Assembly (NCBI GenBank): GCA_043742705.1
Contig: JAYTXY010000024.1
Coordinates: 1-49,137 of the forward strand
Reading direction: 5' to 3'
DNA from: Bacteroidota bacterium
Lineage (GTDB): Bacteria; Bacteroidota; Bacteroidia; AKYH767-A; 2013-40CM-41-45
Length of the DNA: 49,137 nt
Made by a program: the position numbers and the translations under genes. Positions within the stretch are counted from its first letter, which is position 1. Every line of letters starts with the position of its first letter. Below are positions 18,271 to 27,073 of the stretch, one piece after another. The notes beneath the pieces are model-generated. The model was given only the letters and a program-made list of their open reading frames with translations. It searched no databases and was not told the origin of the DNA.

Positions 18271-19494
18271 GTGGTATTAGTAATACGATTGTGGATTCTA
18301 TTGTCCGGCACATCGCCGGATCTTAACCATCCCGCTGCTTTTTGGCGCGACATCTGGCTGATCGTTATCAGCTTCAGCATGTTCCTTGGAACTATTTATG
18401 TTTATTTCAAACTTCGGGCAAGTTCTTTCAAGCGTGTCAGGAAATTATTGGAACAACGCGTTGAAGTCAAAACAAAACAACTGAGCAAGAAGAACAGCGA
18501 CCTTGAAAAACTTTCATTGGTTGCCAGCAGAACGGGGAATGCCGTAATGGTTGCTGATTCAACAGGAAGAATTGACTGGGGAAACGATGCCTTTATGAAA
18601 ATGACAGGCGGCTCCCGTGAAATTATCGGTAAGAATGTAGCAGAGATTAATATTTATAGTGATGTTCAAAGCGCCATCGCTGAAGCCGTAAGAGAAAGAA
18701 AGTCGAAAATTTTTGAATCAAACATTCAACTGAATCCGGATTCTGATCAATGGATTAGCTCAACTCTCACTCCCATCTTTGATGAAAACAACAACCTGAA
18801 GGAACTTGTTTTTGTGGATACCGATATCACAGCCAGTAAGGTGCTCGAAAACCAGATCAAAGCATCACTTCGTGATAAAGATATTTTATTAAAAGAAATT
18901 CATCACCGTGTTAAAAACAATTTACAAATCATTATTAGTTTGCTGAACCTGCAATCGGGATATATTAAAGACGAACAAACGCTGAAAGCTGTGAAGGACG
19001 GACAAAGCAGGGTTCGATCCATGGCTCTTGTGCACGAAAAATTTTACCAGGCAGACGAACTTACAGAAATAAATTTTGCCGAATACGTAGATAAACTGTG
19101 CCAGTTTCTTTTTCAATCATACGGTGATAAAACAGACCGCATCCAGTTGACAGTAAACGCGGATAAAGTGGCATTTGACATGGACACAGCAATGCCATGC
19201 GGTTTGTTGATTAATGAAATTGTTTCCAATTCTCTGAAGTATGCTTTTCCTGATGAACGTAACGGAGAAATAAAAATAGAACTACGCAAACTACCGGACC
19301 AAATGGTAATGATGAGCATTTCAGATGATGGCATTGGGCTGGCAGAAGATTTTACAATTGAAAAATCGGAAACGCTCGGGCATCAGTTGATTATTGCACT
19401 TGCCAACCAACTGGATGGAGAGCTAAATGTTTCACATGAAAACGGAACCAGCTTTTCGGTTACTTTTAAATATCCCAAAACTCAACATTCGTAA
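18271..19494 (+). CDS. Sensor histidine kinase (TM - PAS - HisKA_2 - HATPase)
   Basis: One TM helix (IWLIVISFSMFLGTIYVYF). PAS-like segment (ASRTGNAVMVADSTGRIDWGNDAFMKMTGGSREIIGKN). H-box HHRVKNNLQIIISLLNLQ is of HisKA_2 type. ATPase G-boxes are DDGIGL and GHQLI. The track start is a GTG, so the exact start is uncertain. Confidence 0.8.
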   Translation: MVLVIRLWILLSGTSPDLNHPAAFWRDIWLIVISFSMFLGTIYVYFKLRASSFKRVRKLLEQRVEVKTKQLSKKNSDLEKLSLVASRTGNAVMVADSTGRIDWGNDAFMKMTGGSREIIGKNVAEINIYSDVQSAIAEAVRERKSKIFESNIQLNPDSDQWISSTLTPIFDENNNLKELVFVDTDITASKVLENQIKASLRDKDILLKEIHHRVKNNLQIIISLLNLQSGYIKDEQTLKAVKDGQSRVRSMALVHEKFYQADELTEINFAEYVDKLCQFLFQSYGDKTDRIQLTVNADKVAFDMDTAMPCGLLINEIVSNSLKYAFPDERNGEIKIELRKLPDQMVMMSISDDGIGLAEDFTIEKSETLGHQLIIALANQLDGELNVSHENGTSFSVTFKYPKTQHS

Positions 19495-19558
19495 GTTTGT
19501 GTCCGTATTTAGGAAACAAAAACGCAGGATGCTTTGTACAACGGTTAACCTTTGACCT

Positions 19559-20695
19559 ATGAGCGGACTAAAAATAATGATTGTTGAGGACGAAAGCATT
19601 GTTGCTAAAGACATTCAACGCATTCTGAAAAAAATTGGCCATGAAGCATTTGATCCCTTTTCACAGGGAAAAAAAGCTCTTGACGCCATCGAACGATTGA
19701 ATCCCGATTTGATTATTCTCGACATCAACCTGAAGGGCAGTGAAATGGACGGAATTCATATTGCGGAACAGATTCATCAGAATTATCAAATACCATTTAT
19801 TTTTCTCACAGCATTCTCCGACAAAAGCACCCTTGAAAGAGCAAAGTTGACGGAGCCGTATGGTTACATCATTAAGCCCTTCGAGGAAGACGATATTCGC
19901 ACAGCCATAGAAATCGCATACTATAAATACACGAAGGACATTGAGATGAAAAACAAGGGCAATCGGTTTGCGACAGCCCTGGATAGTCTTGATGTTGCTG
20001 TGATTATCACCGATGCGAATGAGAAAATTATTTTCATGAATAAGATGGCTGAAACACTGACCGGTTCATTGAAACAGGAAGTGCTTGGCAAAGACATCGC
20101 ATTGGCAATGAAGAATTGTAACCAAGGCACGCGTGATTCTATGAAAACCATGGCAAATGCTGTGGTTGGGACCATTCAGAAAAATGAAAACGATTCTGAG
20201 CTGGCGATTTCAAACGGAGTTACAGAGCATCGTGTAAACGTAAATACATTCCCTATCCTCACCGTCAATAATAAAATTAACGGCTGTGCTTTTGTGATGA
20301 CTTCGCCCGGAAAAAAGGACGCTGTTGAAGAATCAAGTGCGGATAAAAACCTCTTCAACTTCCTTGAGAATATTTATGCAAACAACAGCTTCTTCGTAAA
20401 GAAAGATTCGCGTTTTGTGAAAGTAAATTTTCAGGACATTCTTTGGATTGAAGCGCTCGACAATTATGTTATTATCAAAACATCTTCGAAAGAACAATTC
20501 ATTCTCCATAGTTCAATGAAAGACATTGAACTTAAATTACCGCAACTTAATTTTGTGCGTGTTCACCGATCCTACATTGTGCAGTTGGAAAAAATTGCAG
20601 CACTTGAAGAAAACGCCTGCATCATTGACGGAAACCGGATTCCCATTGGAAAATCTTTTAAAGATAACCTGATGAACAGGCTAAACCTGTTTTAA
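19559..20695 (+). CDS. Response regulator with REC - PAS - LytTR DNA-binding architecture
   Basis: REC domain (IMIVEDESIVAKD...LIILDINL...IPFIFLTAF...GYIIKPF). Central PAS-like segment (LDVAVIITDANEKIIFMNKMAETLTG). C-terminal LytTR domain (VKVNFQDILWIEALDNYVIIKTSSKEQFILHSSMKDIELKLPQLNFVRVHRSYIV). Confidence 0.85.
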   Translation: MSGLKIMIVEDESIVAKDIQRILKKIGHEAFDPFSQGKKALDAIERLNPDLIILDINLKGSEMDGIHIAEQIHQNYQIPFIFLTAFSDKSTLERAKLTEPYGYIIKPFEEDDIRTAIEIAYYKYTKDIEMKNKGNRFATALDSLDVAVIITDANEKIIFMNKMAETLTGSLKQEVLGKDIALAMKNCNQGTRDSMKTMANAVVGTIQKNENDSELAISNGVTEHRVNVNTFPILTVNNKINGCAFVMTSPGKKDAVEESSADKNLFNFLENIYANNSFFVKKDSRFVKVNFQDILWIEALDNYVIIKTSSKEQFILHSSMKDIELKLPQLNFVRVHRSYIVQLEKIAALEENACIIDGNRIPIGKSFKDNLMNRLNLF

Positions 20696-20717
20696 TAAAT
20701 GCTTGAAAAAATTTGCA

Positions 20718-20751
20718 AACCGTGCGGCTATTTTGTTGTACGGTTTTTTTT
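20718..20751. terminator. Bidirectional intrinsic terminator
   Basis: AACCGTGC-N12-GTACGGTT forms an 8-bp stem with one G-U pair, followed by TTTTTTT. It lies between the stops at 20695 (+) and 20758 (-). Confidence 0.65.
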
Positions 20752-20757
20752 ATACCA

Positions 20758-21612
20758 TCAGAGAATAGCAAAACTTAGCGAGGCGGTAAAATAGGTTGTT
20801 GCCGTTGCATTAAGCCTCCGGGGCTGATTCAGCGGAATGTTATAGTGAATGGCCGGCTCAATGGAAAACCGTCCGATGTCATATTCTAAAGGGAGTGAAA
20901 ATTCAATACCCGTAAAATTAAATTTTGTGTTGGCGGTTGCCGTCAAATTTTGCAAGCTTGGTTTCTCGTTCGGATCCTTCAGCCGGACCCTGTAAAAATT
21001 TAGTGTGCCCGCACTAATGCTTATCATCGGTTTGATTTTCATAATATCATCGTCATCAAAAACATGTTCAAAAACAAAATCATGAGAATTATCCCAGGTA
21101 AAACTGTGATCATTGTTACCGTGTCCGAAATCAAAATCAAAAAATAATCTTGACGTTAACGCTTTGAAATTTTTTCGAAGAATCAATTCAAGGTTGTTAT
21201 TCAATGAATCCCGCAACTGAATACTGTTTGAGTTAAAGACAAAGCGGGTATAAGAAACAGAGGCCTCCAGTCTTTTCTTGAACAGAAAAAAATCCCATCC
21301 AAAATTTAAGTCCAGTTCATCCCAGTGCTGTTGAGGGCTCAGGAGGAAATATGGAGCGATGCTTACAAAAAATCCTGAAGACGCTTCGTATAATACAGAA
21401 GAAGCAAGGTAAACCAGGTTGGTACTTGTTGTGCGGTTAAGGAAGACTTTGTTAGAGCCATAATCCAAAGACAGCACAAGGCTGCGTTCAAAGGAAGTAT
21501 CGGAAGAAGAACCGGTTTCATTAGCAGGAACTCCTGCAAACAAAGAGGTGAGCGGAGTAATCAGAAGAATTAATACTGAGACAATGATTTTTTTGGGAGC
21601 AAACATCGCCAT
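20758..21612 (-). CDS. Hypothetical secreted protein, probably an outer-membrane beta-barrel
   Basis: Signal peptide (KKIIVSVLILLITPLTSLFA). The body shows alternating hydrophobic/polar strands with frequent aromatic residues. No recognisable catalytic motif. Confidence 0.5.
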   Translation of the reverse strand: MAMFAPKKIIVSVLILLITPLTSLFAGVPANETGSSSDTSFERSLVLSLDYGSNKVFLNRTTSTNLVYLASSVLYEASSGFFVSIAPYFLLSPQQHWDELDLNFGWDFFLFKKRLEASVSYTRFVFNSNSIQLRDSLNNNLELILRKNFKALTSRLFFDFDFGHGNNDHSFTWDNSHDFVFEHVFDDDDIMKIKPMISISAGTLNFYRVRLKDPNEKPSLQNLTATANTKFNFTGIEFSLPLEYDIGRFSIEPAIHYNIPLNQPRRLNATATTYFTASLSFAIL

Positions 21613-21714
21613 AAATGTATTTAAAGTTATTTGAATGAGGCGGTCAATTCAACCTCACGGTTCTTTTATTTCACATGAAAAATTAATGGTAAGTTCGCAA
21701 CTTATTCGGGAAAT

Positions 21715-22482
21715 GTGAATTCGTCAAATTCAATTATTCAAGTGCGCGATCTGGTTAAGCACTACGACCAGATTCATGCTGTGAACGGAATCAGCTTCAA
21801 TGTTTACGAGGGAGAAATCTTCGGGTTGCTCGGTCCCAATGGTGCAGGAAAAACAACGACACTTGAAATCATTGAGACGCTTCGCGAAAAAACATCGGGT
21901 GAAATTTTCGTGGAAGGGTTGTCGGTAGATAAAGACGCGAACCAAATCAAAAAAATTATCGGAGTTCAGTTGCAGGCAGCGGGATATTATCCAAGTCTTA
22001 CGTTGCTTGAGTTGCTACGACTTTTTTCGGGCTTGTATAATGTGAAAATTGATCCGCATGAAATGCTAAAGCTTGTCGGACTCGAAGAGCGCGGAAAGGC
22101 TAAGTACAAGGAACTTTCGGGGGGACAAAAGCAACGTTTTTCTATTTGCACCACGCTGATCAACAATCCCAAAATTGTTTTCCTGGATGAACCGACAACA
22201 GGACTTGATCCGCAGGCGAGAAGAAATCTTTGGGATTTGATCAGACAAATAAAAGACAAGGGCACAACCGTTGTTATCACCACGCATTATATGGATGAAG
22301 CAGAAAATCTTTGCGATCGTGTTGCCATTGTCGAGAAAGGAAAAATAATTGCGATTGATACACCTGATAAGTTGATTGACGATCTCGTTGCAAAAGGTTT
22401 TGTCAGAGAGAAGCAGGTGAAAGAAGCGAGTCTCGAAGATGTATTTCTTTCGCTCACCGGACAAGAGTGGAGAGATGAATAA
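21715..22482 (+). CDS. ABC transporter ATP-binding protein
   Basis: Walker A GPNGAGKTT, ABC signature LSGGQKQR, Walker B IVFLDEPTTGLD, H-loop TTHYMDE. The start codon is GTG. Confidence 0.9.
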   Translation: MNSSNSIIQVRDLVKHYDQIHAVNGISFNVYEGEIFGLLGPNGAGKTTTLEIIETLREKTSGEIFVEGLSVDKDANQIKKIIGVQLQAAGYYPSLTLLELLRLFSGLYNVKIDPHEMLKLVGLEERGKAKYKELSGGQKQRFSICTTLINNPKIVFLDEPTTGLDPQARRNLWDLIRQIKDKGTTVVITTHYMDEAENLCDRVAIVEKGKIIAIDTPDKLIDDLVAKGFVREKQVKEASLEDVFLSLTGQEWRDE

Positions 22483-22488
22483 TTGTAA

Positions 22489-23589
22489 ATGAAAATGGAG
22501 AATCCTCGTTACAGCCAACTAAAAGCAATGCTCGCCATCACGCGGGCAAGCCTGCGTTCCAGCACACGAAGCCCGTCAGCCGTGGTTTTCACACTCTTGT
22601 TCCCGTTAATTTTTATTGTGGTATTCGGATTTATCGGTGGAGGAACGTTTTCGGTTGATGTTGCAGTGAAAAAAGATTGCGAGAAGAACAATCCGATTTA
22701 TGAAGCACTGCTTAGCTCACCGGTTATAAAATTGGATACATCGTTGACTGAGACGGAGATGAAATCGAGTTTGGAAAAAGGAAGAATAGACGCAGTGCTT
22801 TCCATCCGAACGAATAGCGGAAATCCACAATACACTGTTTTTCTTGAAACAACAAGTGCTTCACGGGAACGCGGCAATGTTTTGAAATCTGTTTTGAATA
22901 ATATTTTTTACAATGCAAATCTCGTGTTTGCAAATACCCCATCTGTCGCGGATCTGAAAGAGACAGAGGTAAACGTGAGAGAGTATAAGAGGATAGATTT
23001 CATTCTTCCCGGTCAGCTAGGTTTCTCCCTCTTAAGTTCCGGTGTTTTCGGAACAGCATTTGTCTTTCTGAGTTTGCGGCAAACCCTTGTGATCAAACGT
23101 TTTTTTGCAACGCCCATTCAACGCCCATTTATTGTTCTTGGCGAAGCCTTGAGCAGGCTGGTCTTTGCGTTGATCGGTGCGCTCATCATAATTCTGATCG
23201 GACATTTCGCATTTGGTTTTACATTGATACACGGAATATCAACAGTCGTTGACATGTTGTTTCTGTCTACCCTGGGGTTGATTGTTTTTATGGGTTTTGG
23301 TTTTGCTGTTTCGGGAATTGCAAAGAATGAAAGTGCGATACCTCCGATCGCAAACATTATTACGCTTCCTCAGTTTTTATTGTCCGGAACCTTTTTTTCG
23401 ATTTCAGTATTTCCATCCTGGCTTCAACCGATTTGTAAAATTCTTCCCCTTACCTATCTTAATGATGCGATGAGAAAGGTTGCTTTTGAAGGCGCAAGTT
23501 TGTTTAGTGTAGGACATCAAATTGGAATTGTTGCACTGTGGGGAGTCGCAGTTTATTTTCTTGCTGTGAAGGTTTTTAAATGGGAATAA
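22489..23589 (+). CDS. ABC-2 type transporter permease
   Basis: 366 aa. It has one N-terminal TM helix, a ~150-aa extracytoplasmic loop and then a cluster of about 5 TM helices, which is the ABC-2 exporter layout. It begins 7 nt after the ATPase gene. Confidence 0.8.
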   Translation: MKMENPRYSQLKAMLAITRASLRSSTRSPSAVVFTLLFPLIFIVVFGFIGGGTFSVDVAVKKDCEKNNPIYEALLSSPVIKLDTSLTETEMKSSLEKGRIDAVLSIRTNSGNPQYTVFLETTSASRERGNVLKSVLNNIFYNANLVFANTPSVADLKETEVNVREYKRIDFILPGQLGFSLLSSGVFGTAFVFLSLRQTLVIKRFFATPIQRPFIVLGEALSRLVFALIGALIIILIGHFAFGFTLIHGISTVVDMLFLSTLGLIVFMGFGFAVSGIAKNESAIPPIANIITLPQFLLSGTFFSISVFPSWLQPICKILPLTYLNDAMRKVAFEGASLFSVGHQIGIVALWGVAVYFLAVKVFKWE

Positions 23590-23851
23590 CTTTTTTATTG
23601 TTGAATAGCAGCCCCTTGTTAATATAGAAGGCAACTCGCGAACACATCTCCGGAAAAATCTCTTCTGCTTTCATTTTTTGTAAGCGTGATGTAAGGAAAA
23701 ACTTCTTTTCCATAGAACAATCAGTTTTATATTCTGTATAATTTGCTAAATAATAAAGAAGCAATTAGGGTTGATGTTTCTGGTGAATATCCATTGTTTT
23801 ACCTTGTAAAGAGAAGCATTAAGGCCTACTTGTTTTTAAGAAGAAAGAATT

Positions 23852-24979
23852 ATGGAAATAGCTCAACAACTTCGTAAGCAAATTGATTCGGAAAAGCTTA
23901 ACAAAGCGGTTAACATTTTACTGGTTGATGACAAGGAAGAAAACCTGCTTACTCTCGAATGTATTCTTAAGCAGGAAGGAAGAAGTATTTTTAAAGCGGC
24001 TTCCGGAAATGAGGCGTTGGAAATTGCACTCACCGAAGAAGTGGGATTAATTTTGCTCGATGTGCAAATGCCGGAGATGGACGGTTTCGAAGTAGCAAGG
24101 TTGCTGAAAGAGAACCCAAAGACAAAGGACATTGCGATTATTTTCGTAACGGCAATTAATGAAGAAAAGTTTACCATGCAGGGATACGAGGAGGGTGCAG
24201 TCGACTACCTATATAAACCACTGGAAATCAACATTGTAAAAGCGAAGGTTGCCGTCTTCGAAAAATTATATTTACAGAGAAAGGAATTGAAGCATTATAC
24301 GGAGACTGTGATGAGAATCAATAAGCAGTTGGATGAGTTTGTATACATTGTTTCACATGACTTAAAAGCTCCTTTGCGCGGTTTAGCAAGTCTTGCCACT
24401 TTCATGGAAGATGAACTTGGCGCGGATCCAAAGCCGGAAGTGATTGACATATTGAAAATGATAAAGAGCAGAACGGCAAGGATGCAAAACTTAATTGATG
24501 GCATTCTCCACTACTCAAGACTTGGAAATACAAAGACAGAAACGGAAGATGTTAATACAAAAGAATTGTTGATTAACATCATTGATCTGATTTGTCCGCC
24601 GGAAAATATAAGAATTGAGTTCCCCGATAACATGCCAACCATCAAGGCAGAAAAGATAAAGTTGCACGAGGTTTTTCAGAACTTAATAAGCAATGGAATT
24701 AAGTACAACGATAAGGAAGCCGGAGTGGTTAAGATAACCTTCTTTGAAGATGGAAATCATTACGAGTTCTCGGTGACTGACAATGGTATGGGAATTAAGT
24801 TGGAGCACCAGGAGAAAATATTCGGCATATTCCAAACGCTACAACCGAAGGATAATGTGGAGAGCACCGGAATAGGATTAACGATCGTGAAAAAGATTGT
24901 TGAGGAACAAGGCGGAGCAATCACCGTTCAATCAGAATACGGTGCAGGAACAACCTTTAAGTTTAATTGGAATAAGTAG
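23852..24979 (+). CDS. Hybrid signalling protein: N-terminal receiver (REC) domain fused to HisKA-HATPase histidine kinase
   Basis: REC domain (ILLVDDKEENLL...LILLDVQMPEMDGFEV...IIFVTA...DYLYKP). H-box VSHDLKAPLRG. N-box NLISNGIKY. G-boxes DNGMGI and GIGLTIVKKI. Confidence 0.85.
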   Translation: MEIAQQLRKQIDSEKLNKAVNILLVDDKEENLLTLECILKQEGRSIFKAASGNEALEIALTEEVGLILLDVQMPEMDGFEVARLLKENPKTKDIAIIFVTAINEEKFTMQGYEEGAVDYLYKPLEINIVKAKVAVFEKLYLQRKELKHYTETVMRINKQLDEFVYIVSHDLKAPLRGLASLATFMEDELGADPKPEVIDILKMIKSRTARMQNLIDGILHYSRLGNTKTETEDVNTKELLINIIDLICPPENIRIEFPDNMPTIKAEKIKLHEVFQNLISNGIKYNDKEAGVVKITFFEDGNHYEFSVTDNGMGIKLEHQEKIFGIFQTLQPKDNVESTGIGLTIVKKIVEEQGGAITVQSEYGAGTTFKFNWNK

Positions 24980-25023
24980 ACAATCAGAGGATCATCGCCA
25001 GATTCTGTCCCACGTCCTTTTTA

Positions 25024-25039
25024 TGTTTCACGTGGAACA
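25024..25039. other. parS centromere-like ParB-binding site, exact consensus
   Basis: TGTTTCACGTGGAACA. Its reverse complement, TGTTCCACGTGAAACA, is identical to the canonical 16-bp chromosomal parS consensus. It is intergenic, between the convergent stops at 24979 and 25047. Confidence 0.7.
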
Positions 25040-25046
25040 CTTACCC

Positions 25047-26921
25047 TCACCTTTGTAAATGAACCATCAAGATAGAGATATCTGATGGAGAAACTCCGCT
25101 AATTCGCGAAGCCTGGCCAAGTGTTGATGGTTGTATTTTCGAAAGCTTTTGACGCGCCTCCATGGATAAAGACCCTAGTTCGTGATAATTGAAATCTGAT
25201 TTAAGAAACATGCTTTCATAGCGCTCAACCTTTTCCACCAGTTCCCGTTCCTTTTGAATATATCCCTCGTATTTAATGATCGTTTCAACCTGCCCTCCAA
25301 ACTCAATCTTTTCTTGAGGTGAAAGCCTTTCGAAATAAGAATTTAGTTCCGAAATGTGTGGAATAAGATCGAAAATCGAAACCTGTGGCCGAAGTAAAAC
25401 ATTGAGCAGCTTCTGCTTTTGCCTTAGTGGTTCCGTTCCAAGTGAAATAAGAAGAGCGTTGATATTTTCATGATGAACAGAAAAATCTTTGATAAAGGAG
25501 ATTATCTCATCAGTATCATTTACCTTCTTCTCAACACGTCTTAATCTTTCATCAGAAGCAAGTCCCAATTTGTGGCTTATTGGTGTTAATCGAATATCTG
25601 CGTTGTCTTGCCTAAGAAGAGACCTGAACTCCGCTCGGGATGTGAACATCCGATAAGGCTCTTCTGTTCCTTTGGTAACAAGATCATCAATCAGAACACC
25701 AATATAAGCCTCCGAGCGCTTTAAAATAAGTGGGTCCTTATCATTACTCTTTTGGTGAGCATTGATCCCCGCCATTAATCCCTGGCAAGCAGCTTCTTCA
25801 TATCCAGTCGTTCCATTAATCTGTCCAGCGAAAAACAGGTTTTGGATATTTTTAGTTTCCAACGTTAAGCTTAATTGCTCCGGAGGGAAATAGTCATATT
25901 CAATAGCATAACCAGGACGAAACATTTTTACATTTTCTAATCCCGGAATTAGTCTAAGTGCCTTATACTGTGTGTCTTCTGGAAGTGATGTGCTAAATCC
26001 ATTCAAATAGATCTCAACAGTATTCCAGCCTTCCGGCTCAACAAATAGTTGATGCCTTTCTCTTTCTGCAAAGCGATTAATCTTATCTTCTATAGAAGGA
26101 CAATATCTTGGACCCATTCCTTTAATCCTTCCCGAAAACATCGGAGACATATCAAAACCCTCTTTCAATATTTCGTGCACATTCTCATTTGTATAAGTTA
26201 TGTGGCAACTCATTTGTTTTGAGAGCCTTGGCGTGTCAGTGAAAGAAAATTTACCCGGATTTTCGTCTCCTAACTGTTCTTCCATTTTAGAGTAGTCCAA
26301 ACTTCTTCCATCAAGCCGCGGAGGTGTGCCCGTTTTCATTCGTCCGCTTTCGAAACCAAGAGAAACTAATTGCTCTGTTATTCCTGTCGCTGATTTCTCT
26401 CCTGTTCTTCCTCCACCAAATTGTTTTTCACCAATGTGAATAATTCCGTTTAGAAAAGTTCCGTTGGTGAGGACGACAGCCTTGGCTCCAAACTCAATGC
26501 CCATGCTTGTTCTGACGCCAACAACTTTATTGTTCGCGATGATCAGCTCCTTCACCATGTCCTGCCAGAAGTCAACGTTAGGCGTTTGCTCAAGCATCAT
26601 TCTCCACTCATTCGCAAACAACATCCGATCGTTCTGAGAACGCGGACTCCACATTGCAGGACCTTTAGAACGATTCAGCATTCTGAATTGAATCATTGAA
26701 CGATCCGAGACAATTCCCGAATACCCGCCCAACGCATCTATCTCCCTGACTATCTGTCCTTTGGCAATTCCTCCCATAGCCGGATTACACGACATCTGTG
26801 CAATGGTCTGCATGTTCATGGTGATCAATAAAACTTTTGACCCCAGGTTTGCAGCAGCAGCAGCGGCTTCACAACCGGCATGACCGGCTCCGACAACAAT
26901 GATATCGTAATTTGATTGCAT
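25047..26921 (-). CDS. mnmG: tRNA uridine 5-carboxymethylaminomethyl modification enzyme MnmG (GidA)
   Basis: FAD motif [16 protein letters not shown], then [11 protein letters not shown] and the long conserved MnmG body. I start at the ATG at 26921 ([11 protein letters not shown]). The track start at 26939 is a TTG. Confidence 0.95.
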   Translation of the reverse strand: MQSNYDIIVVGAGHAGCEAAAAAANLGSKVLLITMNMQTIAQMSCNPAMGGIAKGQIVREIDALGGYSGIVSDRSMIQFRMLNRSKGPAMWSPRSQNDRMLFANEWRMMLEQTPNVDFWQDMVKELIIANNKVVGVRTSMGIEFGAKAVVLTNGTFLNGIIHIGEKQFGGGRTGEKSATGITEQLVSLGFESGRMKTGTPPRLDGRSLDYSKMEEQLGDENPGKFSFTDTPRLSKQMSCHITYTNENVHEILKEGFDMSPMFSGRIKGMGPRYCPSIEDKINRFAERERHQLFVEPEGWNTVEIYLNGFSTSLPEDTQYKALRLIPGLENVKMFRPGYAIEYDYFPPEQLSLTLETKNIQNLFFAGQINGTTGYEEAACQGLMAGINAHQKSNDKDPLILKRSEAYIGVLIDDLVTKGTEEPYRMFTSRAEFRSLLRQDNADIRLTPISHKLGLASDERLRRVEKKVNDTDEIISFIKDFSVHHENINALLISLGTEPLRQKQKLLNVLLRPQVSIFDLIPHISELNSYFERLSPQEKIEFGGQVETIIKYEGYIQKERELVEKVERYESMFLKSDFNYHELGSLSMEARQKLSKIQPSTLGQASRISGVSPSDISILMVHLQR

Positions 26922-27008
26922 GGTAGAATTGAGTTGCAAAGTTAAGAATTAGAAATAAAGTGTTTCGACTGACATCAGGATTGCAAAACTTGTTTCGGTT
27001 GTTGAAAA

Positions 27009-27024
27009 TGTTTCACGTAAAACA
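27009..27024. other. parS-like site, one mismatch to the palindromic consensus
   Basis: TGTTTCACGTAAAACA against TGTTTCACGTGAAACA (G to A at position 11). It shares the extended 11-mer ATGTTTCACGT with the site at 25024. It lies in the divergent mnmG/kup intergenic region. Confidence 0.5.
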
Positions 27025-27045
27025 TTCATTTGTATTTCTTCTTTA

Positions 27046-27053
27046 TACATTTG
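27046..27053 (+). promoter_or_regulatory. Candidate -7 promoter box for kup
   Basis: TACATTTG is an exact TAnnTTTG match, 21 nt upstream of the kup start codon. A TTTG at 27029-27032 is spaced too closely to be a canonical -33 element. Confidence 0.3.
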
Positions 27054-27073
27054 CCCACCGATTTTTATTCTGA

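Noticed and set aside
21613-21714. LytTR-type direct-repeat operator in the divergent region between the putative OM barrel gene and the ABC exporter (TTATTTGAATGA and TTATTTCACATGA).
   Set aside because: The two words are only loosely similar, and their ~38-nt spacing does not match the usual 12-13-nt spacing of LytTR direct repeats. They are not convincing without comparative data.
23576-23764. A 62-aa minus-strand ORF in the 262-nt gap upstream of the REC-first hybrid kinase, considered as a possible signalling peptide gene.
   Set aside because: It has no signal or leader features and no double-glycine motif, and it overlaps the end of the ABC permease gene. It is more likely non-coding promoter or leader DNA.
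24980-27073. oriC itself, as a DnaA-box cluster near the parS sites and mnmG.
   Set aside because: I found no cluster of TTATCCACA-like boxes in these intergenic regions. The only near-matches are isolated and inside coding sequence (for example TGTGGATAC at about 18823). parS sites indicate origin proximity, not the origin itself.
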